Source: Candidatus Wirthbacteria bacterium (lineage in GTDB: Bacteria; Patescibacteriota; CG2-30-54-11). Taken from it: a DNA stretch of 64,000 nt. The position numbers were made by a program, and so were the translations under genes. The stretch covers positions 10,599 through 74,598 of the forward strand of contig CAISZI010000053.1 of the NCBI GenBank assembly GCA_903889905.1. Direction: 5' to 3'. This document shows positions 1 to 8,827 of this stretch, piece by piece. The notes under the pieces were generated by a model that had not been told where the DNA came from, did not search any database, and saw only the letters and a program-made list of their open reading frames with translations. Each line of letters begins with the position of its first letter. The first letter of the stretch is position 1.

Positions 1-1133
1 TTCATGCCGTCTTTGAGCGGGGTGACCATCGCGGCCGCGGCGATACTGTAAAACGCGATCAGATCTTCGAATTGTAGCGACCGGTACATGTAAGTGATCG
101 GGTTCCAATCCAGCGTGCTGTATTTGCCATTGATTTTGCCCAGCAGTTCGTCCACCTGGCGTTTGAGGGAATTGTAATGTTCAACCTCCGTGCGGGAGGG
201 AACAGCGATCAGGTAGAATGAGACTTTGCCCTTGAATTCCGGGTATTTGATCAGAAATTCGTCAAACGCCTCGAGTCGCTGCGGAATGCCTTTGGTGTAG
301 TCCAGCCGGTCGATCGAGAGGATGACCTGGCGGTTTTTTTCTTTTTGGCGAATCAGCGCGACACGGCGTTTCACTTCGGCGCTGCGTGAACTGTCGGCGA
401 ATTTGTCATAATCAATGCCCATGGGAAAGGAGTCAACTTTGGCCAAATGATCCCCGGCAGTAATTAGTCCCAGTTTGTGGTTATAACCCAGGATTTTGCT
501 GACAGAATTGAGGAAATAACGGGCGTATTCGTAGGTGTGAAACCCAATCAGGTCGGCGGCAATAATGCCTTCGAGGATTTCCGTGCGCCAGGGTAGGACT
601 TGAAAAATATCGATAGGTGGAAACGGGATGTGCAGGAAAAAACCAATCTTGAGGTCCGGCATTTTTTCGCGCAGCAGCTTTGGCAGCAGCATCAGGTGAT
701 AGTCGTGGATCCAGACGGTGTCATTGGGTTTGATGATTGAAAGTAATTCGTTGGCATACACCTGGTTGACGTGTTTGTAGGATTCCCAGAGACTTTTGTC
801 GTAGACCGGGTATTGGGTAAAACAGTGGAACAATGGCCAGATGGTTTTGTTGCAAAAGCCGTAGTAATACTTGGTGACGTCGTTTTTGGTGAGATAGACA
901 GGATAGAGATGCATTTGTTTCTGCAACTCGTTTTCCATGTCTTTTTTTTGGGTTTTGTCGAGTTTGTTGGCGGGCAGGTCGATCCAGCCGACCCAGATAT
1001 TGCGTTTGTCTTCGCGGAAAATGGAGCTGAGGCCCGTTGCCACGCCACCCACACTTTGGGTGAAATGAATGTCATCCTTGTTTTGCTGGACGGAGATCGG
1101 AAGGCGGTTGGAAACGATGATGGTTCTACCCAT
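1..1133 (-). CDS. otsA: trehalose-6-phosphate synthase (GT20), 5' portion; gene runs off the window start
   Basis: Manual minus-strand translation from ATG at 1133 gives MGRTIIVSNRLPISV...HDYHLMLLP...RLDYTKGI, all GT20/OtsA motifs. No stop before the window edge, so it is absent from the ORF track. The listed 692..1075 ORF is an out-of-frame shadow. Confidence 0.75.
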   Translation of the reverse strand, partial: MGRTIIVSNRLPISVQQNKDDIHFTQSVGGVATGLSSIFREDKRNIWVGWIDLPANKLDKTQKKDMENELQKQMHLYPVYLTKNDVTKYYYGFCNKTIWPLFHCFTQYPVYDKSLWESYKHVNQVYANELLSIIKPNDTVWIHDYHLMLLPKLLREKMPDLKIGFFLHIPFPPIDIFQVLPWRTEILEGIIAADLIGFHTYEYARYFLNSVSKILGYNHKLGLITAGDHLAKVDSFPMGIDYDKFADSSRSAEVKRRVALIRQKEKNRQVILSIDRLDYTKGIPQRLEAFDEFLIKYPEFKGKVSFYLIAVPSRTEVEHYNSLKRQVDELLGKINGKYSTLDWNPITYMYRSLQFEDLIAFYSIAAAAMVTPLKDGM

Positions 1134-1147
1134 GGAAATTCATTTGA

Positions 1148-2395
1148 TTAAGAATTGGTCAGTAGCGGAACGATTTCGTTTTCGACAATGGCCTGAGTGG
1201 TACCTTTTTGCATGACAATTTTGCGAAAGGACGGAACGGTATGCTTAAACACAAAGTTCATCAACTGGTCGTAGTCCGGGCGAACGGCGGCGTCTTCGTC
1301 CAGGTAAAAGGCGTTTTCACCGGCCAGCTCACGCAGCACCGGGATGCCAGTACAGACGATGGGTTTGCTCATCAGTGCGGCTTCGTAGATGGGTATGCCA
1401 AAACCTTCGGCTTTGGTCGTGAAGAGCAGCGCGTCCGACATGATATAGAGGTCGCGGACATAGTCGTAATGGGACAGCCCGTCGCCAAACAAGGCGGAAC
1501 GGTAGAGTTGAAAAACATAAGGTTCAAGGTGGTTGTCCTGAATGAACTGATCAATGGTGTGGGCATAGCCGGTGGCGTCCTGTTTGAGGTGTGGATCAAT
1601 CGGGCCGGTAATCAGCAGTGCCGGCTTGTATTTGAGCTCCACCAGATCTTTGACGATTTGCAACGCCCGCAGGATGTTTTTGCGGATGGCGATGCGCGTG
1701 GGATAGAGGAAAATCACGTCGCGTTCGAGGATATGGGATTGGCGCAGGTATTGATAAACTTCCGCGTGAATATTGAGAAATTTAAGGACATTGACACCAT
1801 TGTGGATGACCTGAAAACGGCTCGGGTCAACCTGATAAATACCTGCCAGCTCCGTTGCCCGCGCATGGGAAATCGCAACGGTAGTGTGAGCTTCAGGCAG
1901 CGTGGTTAACCATGTTTTGACCACGGGCGGGAGATTGCATACTTGTTCTTTGATTTCGTCATCCAGGTAAACATTGTCGTGGATATAATTGATGAATTTG
2001 ACGTTGGTTTGCCGTTCGGCCATCAGTTCGCGCAGCGCCAGGGTCAGTGGCAGGCACATGTGCATCGACATGATGTTGTGGATAATGGCGTGGGAGCAGT
2101 CAGCAAGCAGTTCCTGCAAGCGAACTTTGAAGAAATCCTTACGACGGTTGAACGTTTCAGTCAACTGGCCTTGCAGTACCTCTTGCAGAATTTGCAGGTT
2201 GGTTGCGTCCTGGGTATTGATCTCGGGTACGCTGCAGTATTCGATGTCCGTCCGGTATTGCGAGCCGGCACCGGTGATCAGTTTGATGTCAAAGCCACAG
2301 CTCACCAGTGTTTCGATATGGTCGGCAAGCACACGTTCAACGCCACCAAAAATGGGCGGAGAAGCGTAATGAATGATGGCGATTTTCTGTTTCAT
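1148..2395 (-). CDS. glycosyltransferase family 4 (GT4)
   Basis: ORF 1148..2443. Start moved to the internal Met (MKQKIAIIHYASPPIFGGVERV), the typical GT4 N-terminus. It ends 14 nt before otsA, suggesting an operon. Confidence 0.75.
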   Translation of the reverse strand: MKQKIAIIHYASPPIFGGVERVLADHIETLVSCGFDIKLITGAGSQYRTDIEYCSVPEINTQDATNLQILQEVLQGQLTETFNRRKDFFKVRLQELLADCSHAIIHNIMSMHMCLPLTLALRELMAERQTNVKFINYIHDNVYLDDEIKEQVCNLPPVVKTWLTTLPEAHTTVAISHARATELAGIYQVDPSRFQVIHNGVNVLKFLNIHAEVYQYLRQSHILERDVIFLYPTRIAIRKNILRALQIVKDLVELKYKPALLITGPIDPHLKQDATGYAHTIDQFIQDNHLEPYVFQLYRSALFGDGLSHYDYVRDLYIMSDALLFTTKAEGFGIPIYEAALMSKPIVCTGIPVLRELAGENAFYLDEDAAVRPDYDQLMNFVFKHTVPSFRKIVMQKGTTQAIVENEIVPLLTNS

Positions 2396-2483
2396 ATTGA
2401 TTCTCATTGTAATGTACAAATAATTATACCAAGAAATGGTCAAAGCTCACAATTTGGCGTCTGATCGGCAAACACGAAAAAAG

Positions 2484-2512
2484 TCAGTGCAAAACACTGA
2501 CTTTGATCAAGA
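2484..2512 (-). terminator. intrinsic terminator downstream of the PRTase gene
   Basis: 8-bp stem (agtcagtg/cactgact) followed on the minus strand by a U6 tract. Confidence 0.5.
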
Positions 2513-2533
2513 CCAGAGCGTCACTGCAAGTTG

Positions 2534-3112
2534 CTATGATTTTACGACCAGGCCGCGAATCTGACGAATGCGCTGGTTGACCGCGCCCGCCACCCCTAGG
2601 TCCATGCCGCAGCCGCCCAGCCAGAGGTTTTCGACTTCGACGCCAACGTGTAAGTTAACACCATTAAAGAAACGTTGTTCCGGTACATTGATTTTGCGGC
2701 AAACGACGGCAAAGGAGACTGAACGGGCGTGTGTGGTTTGTTTGATGTCGTCGATGATCAGTTTGGCGGTGTTGGCTGTGTCCCAGACGTCGTCGATGAT
2801 CAGGATATCACCGCTTAAATCTTTGGCCACGGCTTTCTCTATCAGCCGGTCGCCGGTGATAGGATGGCGGTGGTATTCAATGGCATGATGGGTGTAGTCG
2901 CGCGGGAAGCCTTGCAATTGCGTGAGTTCGGTATATAGGTATTTGCCACCTTGGAGAACATAGAGGACGTGTGTGAAATCCTTGAGCACAATTTCACTGG
3001 AAAGACGTTCCAGATGGGCTTGCATGGCCTCGGGGTGGATGTACCAGCAGAAAGGTACGCCTTCGATCTGGTCGATTTTGGGTTTGTGGGGAAAGGGGAT
3101 GAGTGGGGGCAT
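2534..3112 (-). CDS. type I phosphoribosyltransferase (purine/hypoxanthine PRTase-like)
   Basis: PRPP-binding signature ILIIDDVWDTANT; 192 aa. Confidence 0.6.
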   Translation of the reverse strand: MPPLIPFPHKPKIDQIEGVPFCWYIHPEAMQAHLERLSSEIVLKDFTHVLYVLQGGKYLYTELTQLQGFPRDYTHHAIEYHRHPITGDRLIEKAVAKDLSGDILIIDDVWDTANTAKLIIDDIKQTTHARSVSFAVVCRKINVPEQRFFNGVNLHVGVEVENLWLGGCGMDLGVAGAVNQRIRQIRGLVVKS

Positions 3113-3312
3113 GCGATGGAATAATTAATAACTAAGCACTAATAAATAATAACCAAACCTGGATGTGTTTTGCATTATTTGGATGTTAGCTATTAGATAT
3201 TAGAATTTCTTTTCCCCCACCTTACCAGTTCTGCATCCAGCGTCAAGGGTTGGGGGTTGGAATATCCGGTGCGGGCGTCATACTGGAGCGTGACAAAGAC
3301 GACAACTAACGC

Positions 3313-3342
3313 TTGTTTTAACTGATCTGGGAGGGCTATAAT
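3313..3342 (+). promoter_or_regulatory. putative sigma70-like promoter (TTGTTT-18-TATAAT)
   Basis: -10 TATAAT at 3337-3342 with a weak -35 at 3313-3318. RBS AGGGAG lies before the ATG at 3388. Confidence 0.35.
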
Positions 3343-3387
3343 TATCTCCGTGCGTTGATTTGAAAGCCTATAGCCAGGGAGCCCGTT

Positions 3388-4596
3388 ATGCTTTTTTTTA
3401 GTGCCTTGTTGAATTCGGAAGTCAAAGACAATTCCAATCAAACGATTGGCAATTTGCGTGATGTGATCGTCTCCATTCAGGATTATCCGATTGTCCGTGC
3501 CGTGGTTGTCTGGGATAGCAAAAAAAAACTGGAACACATCGTCGCCATGGATCAGGTGGAATTGCTTGGTAAAGGCATGGTTTCGCTCAAAAAACGGGAA
3601 AACGACCTTTATAACTACACCAAACAAGTCAGTGACATTCTGCTCAAAGACAGCGTCCTGGATCGCCAGATCATCGACAACGAAGGCATGAACATGATGC
3701 GGGTTAACGATATTGTCTTGGGCAACCTGCATGGCGAATTGTCGGCGATCAGCATTGAAATTGGTTTGCGGGGGATCTTCCGCCGGTTGGGCATGGAGCA
3801 GTTTCCGTTGATCAACCGTCTGTCGCCGCAACTGGTACCATGGAAAGGCTTTACACTGCTGGAATCCGGCATGCCACAACTGCAGACCGAACAGACGCAG
3901 AAGCATCTTAATCGGCTGCACCCTGCCGACCTGGCCAACCTGGTGGAGGAGCTGAACGCCAAACGTGGCGCTGCATTGGTTTCGAGTCTGAATAACGAAA
4001 AAGCCGCCGAAGTGCTGGAGGAACTGGATGATGACCTGAAAGTCGCTTTGATCGAGCAGCTTGGCCTGGAACGTGCTGGCGATATCCTGGAAGGCATGTC
4101 GCCCGACCAAGCAGCGGATATTCTGGATGATTTGCCAGACGAAAAAGCGCAGCGCATCATCGCCGAAATGGCGCCCAAGGAAGGTCAGAAAATCCTGGAA
4201 TTAATTCACTATGATGATCGGGAAGCCGGTGGACTGATGACCACCGATTATATCAAAGTGCATCCCGAACGCACCGTGGCGCATGTACGCGAAAAATTGC
4301 GCGTGACAGTCGACGATATTCCCAATGTCAGCTATATCTATGTGGTGGACCACGAAAAGCATCCGGTTGGTGTTTTGTCGATGCGGACATTGGCCGTGGC
4401 CAACGATGACACGATCATCGAAGACATCATGACGACCAATTTGTTTACAGTTGAAGCGCACGCCAAAATCCGTGAAGTGGCCAGTTTCCTGACCAAATAC
4501 AACCTGTTTTCCATTGCCGTGGTCGATAACAGCAATCGCCTCCTGGGCATTGTCATGGTCGACGATGTCATGCGCCAATTATTCCCGGAGGCCTGA
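3388..4596 (+). CDS. soluble MgtE-like regulatory protein (N-terminal PRC/MgtE_N-like domain plus two CBS domains, no membrane domain)
   Basis: Acidic helical MgtE N-domain-like region (LHPADLANLVEELNAKRGAALVS...DDLPDEKAQRIIAEM) followed by tandem CBS-like segments. The protein ends without hydrophobic helices. RBS AGGGAG. Confidence 0.75.
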   Translation: MLFFSALLNSEVKDNSNQTIGNLRDVIVSIQDYPIVRAVVVWDSKKKLEHIVAMDQVELLGKGMVSLKKRENDLYNYTKQVSDILLKDSVLDRQIIDNEGMNMMRVNDIVLGNLHGELSAISIEIGLRGIFRRLGMEQFPLINRLSPQLVPWKGFTLLESGMPQLQTEQTQKHLNRLHPADLANLVEELNAKRGAALVSSLNNEKAAEVLEELDDDLKVALIEQLGLERAGDILEGMSPDQAADILDDLPDEKAQRIIAEMAPKEGQKILELIHYDDREAGGLMTTDYIKVHPERTVAHVREKLRVTVDDIPNVSYIYVVDHEKHPVGVLSMRTLAVANDDTIIEDIMTTNLFTVEAHAKIREVASFLTKYNLFSIAVVDNSNRLLGIVMVDDVMRQLFPEA

Positions 4597-4599
4597 TTT

Positions 4600-5838
4600 A
4601 TGGGCTTTTTTAAGAAGTTCCGTTGGCGTTATGTGTTGATGTTTATGGCGGTAATTGGACCAGGGATTATCACGGCCAATGCCGACAATGATGGTACTGG
4701 TATTGTTGGCTACACCCTGGTGGGGGCCAAATACGGTCTCAACATGCTGTTTGCATTAGTTGTGGTGACCGTCATTCTGGCTGTGACACAGGAGTTGGGT
4801 GCCCGCATCGGTGTCGCCACCGGTAAAGGTCTGGGCGGTGTGATTAGGGAGAAATTCGGCCTCAAGCTCACGATGATCGCCTTGATCGCCATGCTGATTT
4901 CCAATATGGGCATCATTATTGCCGACATGGGAGCTATTGCCGAAGCCATGGGTTTGTTTGGGTTGTCCAAATATATCGTTGTGCCGGTTTTTGCCATTTT
5001 ATTGTGGCTTGTGCTGTACAAGGGGGCGTTCAGCCGGGTGGAAAAAGTTTTTCTTCTTTCTTCGGCCTTGTATGTGGTTTACATCATTACCTGTTTTTAT
5101 GCCAAGCCCAACTGGATGCCGGCGATCAAGGCACTGGTTACGCCCAGCATCCAGCTTGACAAGGATTATATCAACACCTTGATGGTGCTGATTGGGACGA
5201 CGGTGACGATCTGGGGGCAGTTTGTGATCCAGTCGTTTGTGGTGGACAAGGGCATTACAGCCGAGAGATATCCCTACCAGAAAGCGGAAGTTTTTCTGGG
5301 CGCGTTTATCACCGATTTTGTCAGTTTTTTTATCATTGTTGCGGCTGCAGCGACTTTGTTCGCCAACCATATTCCCATTACCACCGCCACGCAGGCGGCA
5401 CAGGCGCTGAGGCCACTGGCAGGAGAGCAGGCCTATATTCTGTTTGCGCTTGGACTGCTGAATGCGGGGTTGCTTGGTGTCAGTGTGGTAACGCTTTCCA
5501 CAGCCTATGCGGCGTCCGAGATCTTTGGCGTGGAATCCAAACTCGATCGCAAGTGGAACGAAGCGCCTGCGTTTTACTGGATTATCACACTGATCATCGG
5601 CATCAGCGCCTTGCTTGTTCTGGTTCCGGGCATGCCGTTGTTTCAGATCCTGATCTGGTCCAACAACGTCAATGCCGTGATTTTGCCCATCATCCTGATC
5701 TACGTTTATAAAATCGCTAATGACAAAAAAATCATGGGAACGTTCAAAAATGGGCGTGTGGCCAATATTATCACCATGGCGTGTATTGTGCTGCTGATCG
5801 TGGCGTCGGTGTTTTCGCTGTACGCGAATTTTTCGTAG
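4600..5838 (+). CDS. NRAMP-family transporter with an altered metal site (NRMT-like)
   Basis: NRAMP TM1 motif GPGIITANADNDGTG and conserved TM8-9 block LFALGLLNAGLLGVSVVTLSTAYA. The canonical DPGN and MPH positions read DGTG and TIW. Starts 4 nt after the previous stop; RBS GGAGG. Confidence 0.8.
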   Translation: MGFFKKFRWRYVLMFMAVIGPGIITANADNDGTGIVGYTLVGAKYGLNMLFALVVVTVILAVTQELGARIGVATGKGLGGVIREKFGLKLTMIALIAMLISNMGIIIADMGAIAEAMGLFGLSKYIVVPVFAILLWLVLYKGAFSRVEKVFLLSSALYVVYIITCFYAKPNWMPAIKALVTPSIQLDKDYINTLMVLIGTTVTIWGQFVIQSFVVDKGITAERYPYQKAEVFLGAFITDFVSFFIIVAAAATLFANHIPITTATQAAQALRPLAGEQAYILFALGLLNAGLLGVSVVTLSTAYAASEIFGVESKLDRKWNEAPAFYWIITLIIGISALLVLVPGMPLFQILIWSNNVNAVILPIILIYVYKIANDKKIMGTFKNGRVANIITMACIVLLIVASVFSLYANFS

Positions 5839-5855
5839 AACCTGGGGTTACCACA

Positions 5856-6530
5856 ATGAACACCAACCCGGAAACCAGACGTATTTTGGCATTTGGAGAT
5901 TCCAATACCTGGGGCAGGATTCCCGGTGACGACAATAATGCCCGCTATCTTGCTAATGTCAGGTGGACTGGTCGGTTACAGGCCCTGCTCGGTACGTCTT
6001 TTGAGGTCATCGAGGAGGGGCTAAACGGTCGTACCACCAATTTCGACAGCCCTAACAAGGCAGGCAAAAATGGCCGGGCTTATTTGTTTGCCTGTCTTGA
6101 AACCCACAAACCGTTGGACCTGATCATCCTTGCACTGGGAACGAATGACCTGAAAGCCAAATATGGCTTGACGGCAGGACAAGTTGGCGAAGGTTTACAT
6201 GCTTGTGTTAAGGCCATTCTGGCAGAAGGTCGGAATCGGAGCGGTAAAGTCCCCGCTGTAATCATTCTGTCCCCGGTCGTGGTCATAGAGAAACAACGGT
6301 TGCGCTTTGGCAAGCCGGAAATTGATTTCCTGGGAGCCCTTGAAAAATCAAAGGCACTGGCTGGCATCTATCAGGGGATTGCGGCGGAAAACGGGTTTGG
6401 GTTTGTCGATTTAGCTCAAATTGCAGTGGCCAGTGAGGTGGACGGCGTGCATCTGGAGGCAGAAGAGCACAACAAGATTGCCGAGTGTCTGTGTCCAATG
6501 GTGAAAAGTATGTTGAAAGCAGCGGATTAG
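5856..6530 (+). CDS. SGNH/GDSL hydrolase (arylesterase/lipase-like)
   Basis: GDSL block ILAFGDSNTWG near the N-terminus. ORF 5781..6530 trimmed to the Met preceding the motif. Confidence 0.7.
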   Translation: MNTNPETRRILAFGDSNTWGRIPGDDNNARYLANVRWTGRLQALLGTSFEVIEEGLNGRTTNFDSPNKAGKNGRAYLFACLETHKPLDLIILALGTNDLKAKYGLTAGQVGEGLHACVKAILAEGRNRSGKVPAVIILSPVVVIEKQRLRFGKPEIDFLGALEKSKALAGIYQGIAAENGFGFVDLAQIAVASEVDGVHLEAEEHNKIAECLCPMVKSMLKAAD

Positions 6531-6699
6531 GCAAGCAAGATATTGAGAAACATGATAAAGTTGAGCCTGTAAGTTGCTGAGTGTTTTGTCCTTTAATAAC
6601 TTTTTGAATTTATGCCCTCTTAGCTTCCTCCTTCGCTCGGAAGCTACGGCGGACAGGCAGTTTCGTAGGTACGCACCTTTATAGCGTATATATTTTTAC

Positions 6700-6776
6700 G
6701 CCCTCTTAGCTCAACTGGATAGAGTGCTTGGCTTCGAACCAAGAGGTTGCGGGTTCGACTCCTGCAGGGGGCGCCA
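6700..6776 (+). tRNA. tRNA-Arg (anticodon UCG)
   Basis: 77-nt cloverleaf GCCCTCT..CTTGG-CTTCGAA-CCAAG..GCGGG-TTCGACT-CCTGC-AGGGGGC-G-CCA with encoded CCA. Confidence 0.85.
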
Positions 6777-7002
6777 ATTCAGATAATTTAAGCGACTCAG
6801 CCAAAAAGCTGGGTCTCTTTTTTTACCCATATTTATTCCTTATATTTCTGGACTACCTATAGTTAAATTACCCTTGTCTAATAGACAAACATTAAACCGC
6901 ATTAAAAAGGCATCTCTATGTAATCATTGCATGATCTTATGAGTTGGGGTATGATTAAGAATCAATCGGATATATGTTTTAATTCTTAATGAAAGGAAAG
7001 AC

Positions 7003-7677
7003 ATGGACCGTTTTGATAAAAGTCCATTTGAGGTACGCTTACCTGAAGGTAAAGAACAAGAACAGCAGGTAGAAAGTTTAATGACCAATGCGGCTGCACA
7101 GATGGGGCGAGCCGAGATGCTTTTTCGGGAAGCCAATCCTGGAGTTGCTGCCAGAATTCTTGAACTCCAAATACCAACTGAAACTATCCACAGTGACGCC
7201 CTCCCAGGTGGACTGCCAGAATTAATAGTGGAACAACGAACTACTTGGTATGGTCATAATGGGCAGGAACAATATTCTCCATTAAATGTTCACGTGGCGG
7301 ATGGAGAGGGTTCTTCCCACAGCATCGCCTGTGAAAATATGAATGGACAGCATGTTTTATGTCTGGATGGTCGGGCATTAGCAGAAGCCGCTAAAGCGTT
7401 TCAAAATGCTGTGGAAAACGGTGTCGAGGCTGATGCCACTTTTACGAGAACTGAAGTTGTTTTACCTGATGGAATTACGTTAAAACAACTGTCTTTGATT
7501 CAAGATAAAATGGCAGATATTAGAGATAAACAAGACGACGAAGATATGGAGAAAGTAGAGGAAAAAGTTAGAGCCGGTTTGTCGCCAGAAGAGCAGGCTG
7601 TTTTGGACAGGTATTATAAAGCAAATGGTCCCTTAGCAATGAAAGTTAAACTTGCTGCGGATCGTGAGCAAAAGTAA
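7003..7677 (+). CDS. hypothetical protein (224 aa), AT-rich
   Basis: RBS AAAGGAAAG, an intrinsic terminator downstream, and no recognisable motifs. Confidence 0.6.
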   Translation: MDRFDKSPFEVRLPEGKEQEQQVESLMTNAAAQMGRAEMLFREANPGVAARILELQIPTETIHSDALPGGLPELIVEQRTTWYGHNGQEQYSPLNVHVADGEGSSHSIACENMNGQHVLCLDGRALAEAAKAFQNAVENGVEADATFTRTEVVLPDGITLKQLSLIQDKMADIRDKQDDEDMEKVEEKVRAGLSPEEQAVLDRYYKANGPLAMKVKLAADREQK

Positions 7678-7744
7678 AAGTTATGAATGAATCTGCTAGA
7701 TTTATAATTAAAGTTACTCCGTAAGAATATGAATGTGTTAACAA

Positions 7745-7774
7745 AACAGGACCGTAAAAGGGTCCTGTTTTGTT
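7745..7774 (+). terminator. intrinsic terminator
   Basis: acaggacc-gtaaaag-ggtcctgt followed by TTTTGTT. Confidence 0.7.
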
Positions 7775-7840
7775 CAATTTGTCTTATGTACTAAAGGAAC
7801 AATTGAAATAAGTTATGGTTTAAATGAACCAATGCTTCAA

Positions 7841-7972
7841 TAAAAAAGTTCCATTGCATCCGTATCTGGCGCGCCAATTTTCGCAAAATAAAAATGGTCG
7901 GCCATATTGCCGAACGTAATAATGTGAGAGTACAAACTACTAGTCTTTCTCCCAAAGGGAGATTTTTTTTTA
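7841..7972 (+). other. possible 32-aa ORF or small RNA ending in its own terminator
   Basis: ATG at 7841 (MNQCFNKKVPLHPYLARQFSQNKNGRPYCRT) followed by the hairpin tctccc-aaa-gggaga plus T9 at 7947-7972. Confidence 0.2.
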
Positions 7973-8002
7973 TTGCCTGACTGGGTAACGGAGCGGGAAT
8001 AA

Positions 8003-8683
8003 ATGTGTTTTATAACGAGGGTTAATAGATTAGTTTCGATTACAGGACAAAGTATGAACGATGTAGAAAAGAGAAGCCTTGTCAGATTCCGTGATTGGGC
8101 AAAAACATATGATCGTAAAACACTTAGTTACCTGAATTATTATTTGACAAATAAAGCAGTAATCAAACATTTAAGATTGCCAACACATGGATCGATATTG
8201 GATGTGGGATGCGGCACAGGGATACTCCTGCAGCAACTTATCAATAAACCACCCTCAAATATACAGCTTCATGGTCTAGATATTTCGCCAGACATGTTTG
8301 ATAAAGCTAAGAGGAAATTTTCTGCAACTCCTCAAATTAAGCTTGCCATTGGGTCAGCTCTATCTATGCCATATGCAGATGACACTTTTGACTGCGTAGT
8401 CTGTTGCCATTCATTTCATCATCATTCTGATTCATTTAGGTCCCTCTCTGAAATGCGACGTGTAGTCAAACCCAATGGGCAAGTTATTGTTATGGATCTA
8501 TCATTGGATGGATTTCTGCGCAATATCTTTTCAAAGATTGAAAACATTTACGGTAATGAAGGGCACATATGTCGATATGGTAAGAAACAAATAAATGAAT
8601 TGTTTCGGATGGCTCAATTTAAAAATACTATGCAAAAATACATATATTACTTCAATTTGGTTACAATTGGGACTAAGCAATAA
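8003..8683 (+). CDS. class I SAM-dependent methyltransferase (Methyltransf_11-like, small-molecule type)
   Basis: Motif I ILDVGCGTG, an acidic post-I residue, and a conserved DxVxC block. Alternative start at 8054 (MNDVEKR). Very AT-rich. Confidence 0.7.
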   Translation: MCFITRVNRLVSITGQSMNDVEKRSLVRFRDWAKTYDRKTLSYLNYYLTNKAVIKHLRLPTHGSILDVGCGTGILLQQLINKPPSNIQLHGLDISPDMFDKAKRKFSATPQIKLAIGSALSMPYADDTFDCVVCCHSFHHHSDSFRSLSEMRRVVKPNGQVIVMDLSLDGFLRNIFSKIENIYGNEGHICRYGKKQINELFRMAQFKNTMQKYIYYFNLVTIGTKQ

Positions 8684-8768
8684 CATCAATTGATGAAAGT
8701 AGTGTAAAAAAGTAAAGCTTTACTTTATGGCAGTGAAAACTTGAAGATGAATATGAGGGAATGTATAT

Positions 8769-8802
8769 TAAAAAAAAGACCCCTTTTCGGGGTCTTTTTT
8801 GT
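8769..8802. terminator. bidirectional intrinsic terminator between convergent genes
   Basis: A9-gacccc-ttttc-ggggtc-T6. Confidence 0.75.
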
Positions 8803-8827
8803 TTGTGCAAAACTTGATCGATTCTAC

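Noticed and set aside
692-1151. Listed ORFs 692..1075 (-) and 771..1151 (+)
   Set aside because: Out-of-frame or opposite-strand shadows of the otsA gene. otsA reads cleanly in another minus frame with GT20 motifs.
3113-3387. Possible M-box (Mg2+) riboswitch ahead of the MgtE-like/NRAMP operon
   Set aside because: A TATAAT -10 sits only ~45 nt before the ATG, and no M-box conserved segments are visible. The leader is too short.
3520-3528. A9 homopolymer inside the MgtE-like coding region as a phase-variation switch
   Set aside because: A single tract, in frame as KKK. Several T8/T9 tracts occur elsewhere in coding DNA, so this looks like compositional habit rather than a contingency locus.
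1208-4578. Numerous opposite-strand ORFs inside the GT4, PRTase and MgtE-like genes (e.g. 1208..1909, 1943..2464, 3193..4110, 3615..4178, 4201..4578)
   Set aside because: Low-complexity translations with no RBS, fully overlapped by genes that have clear family motifs.
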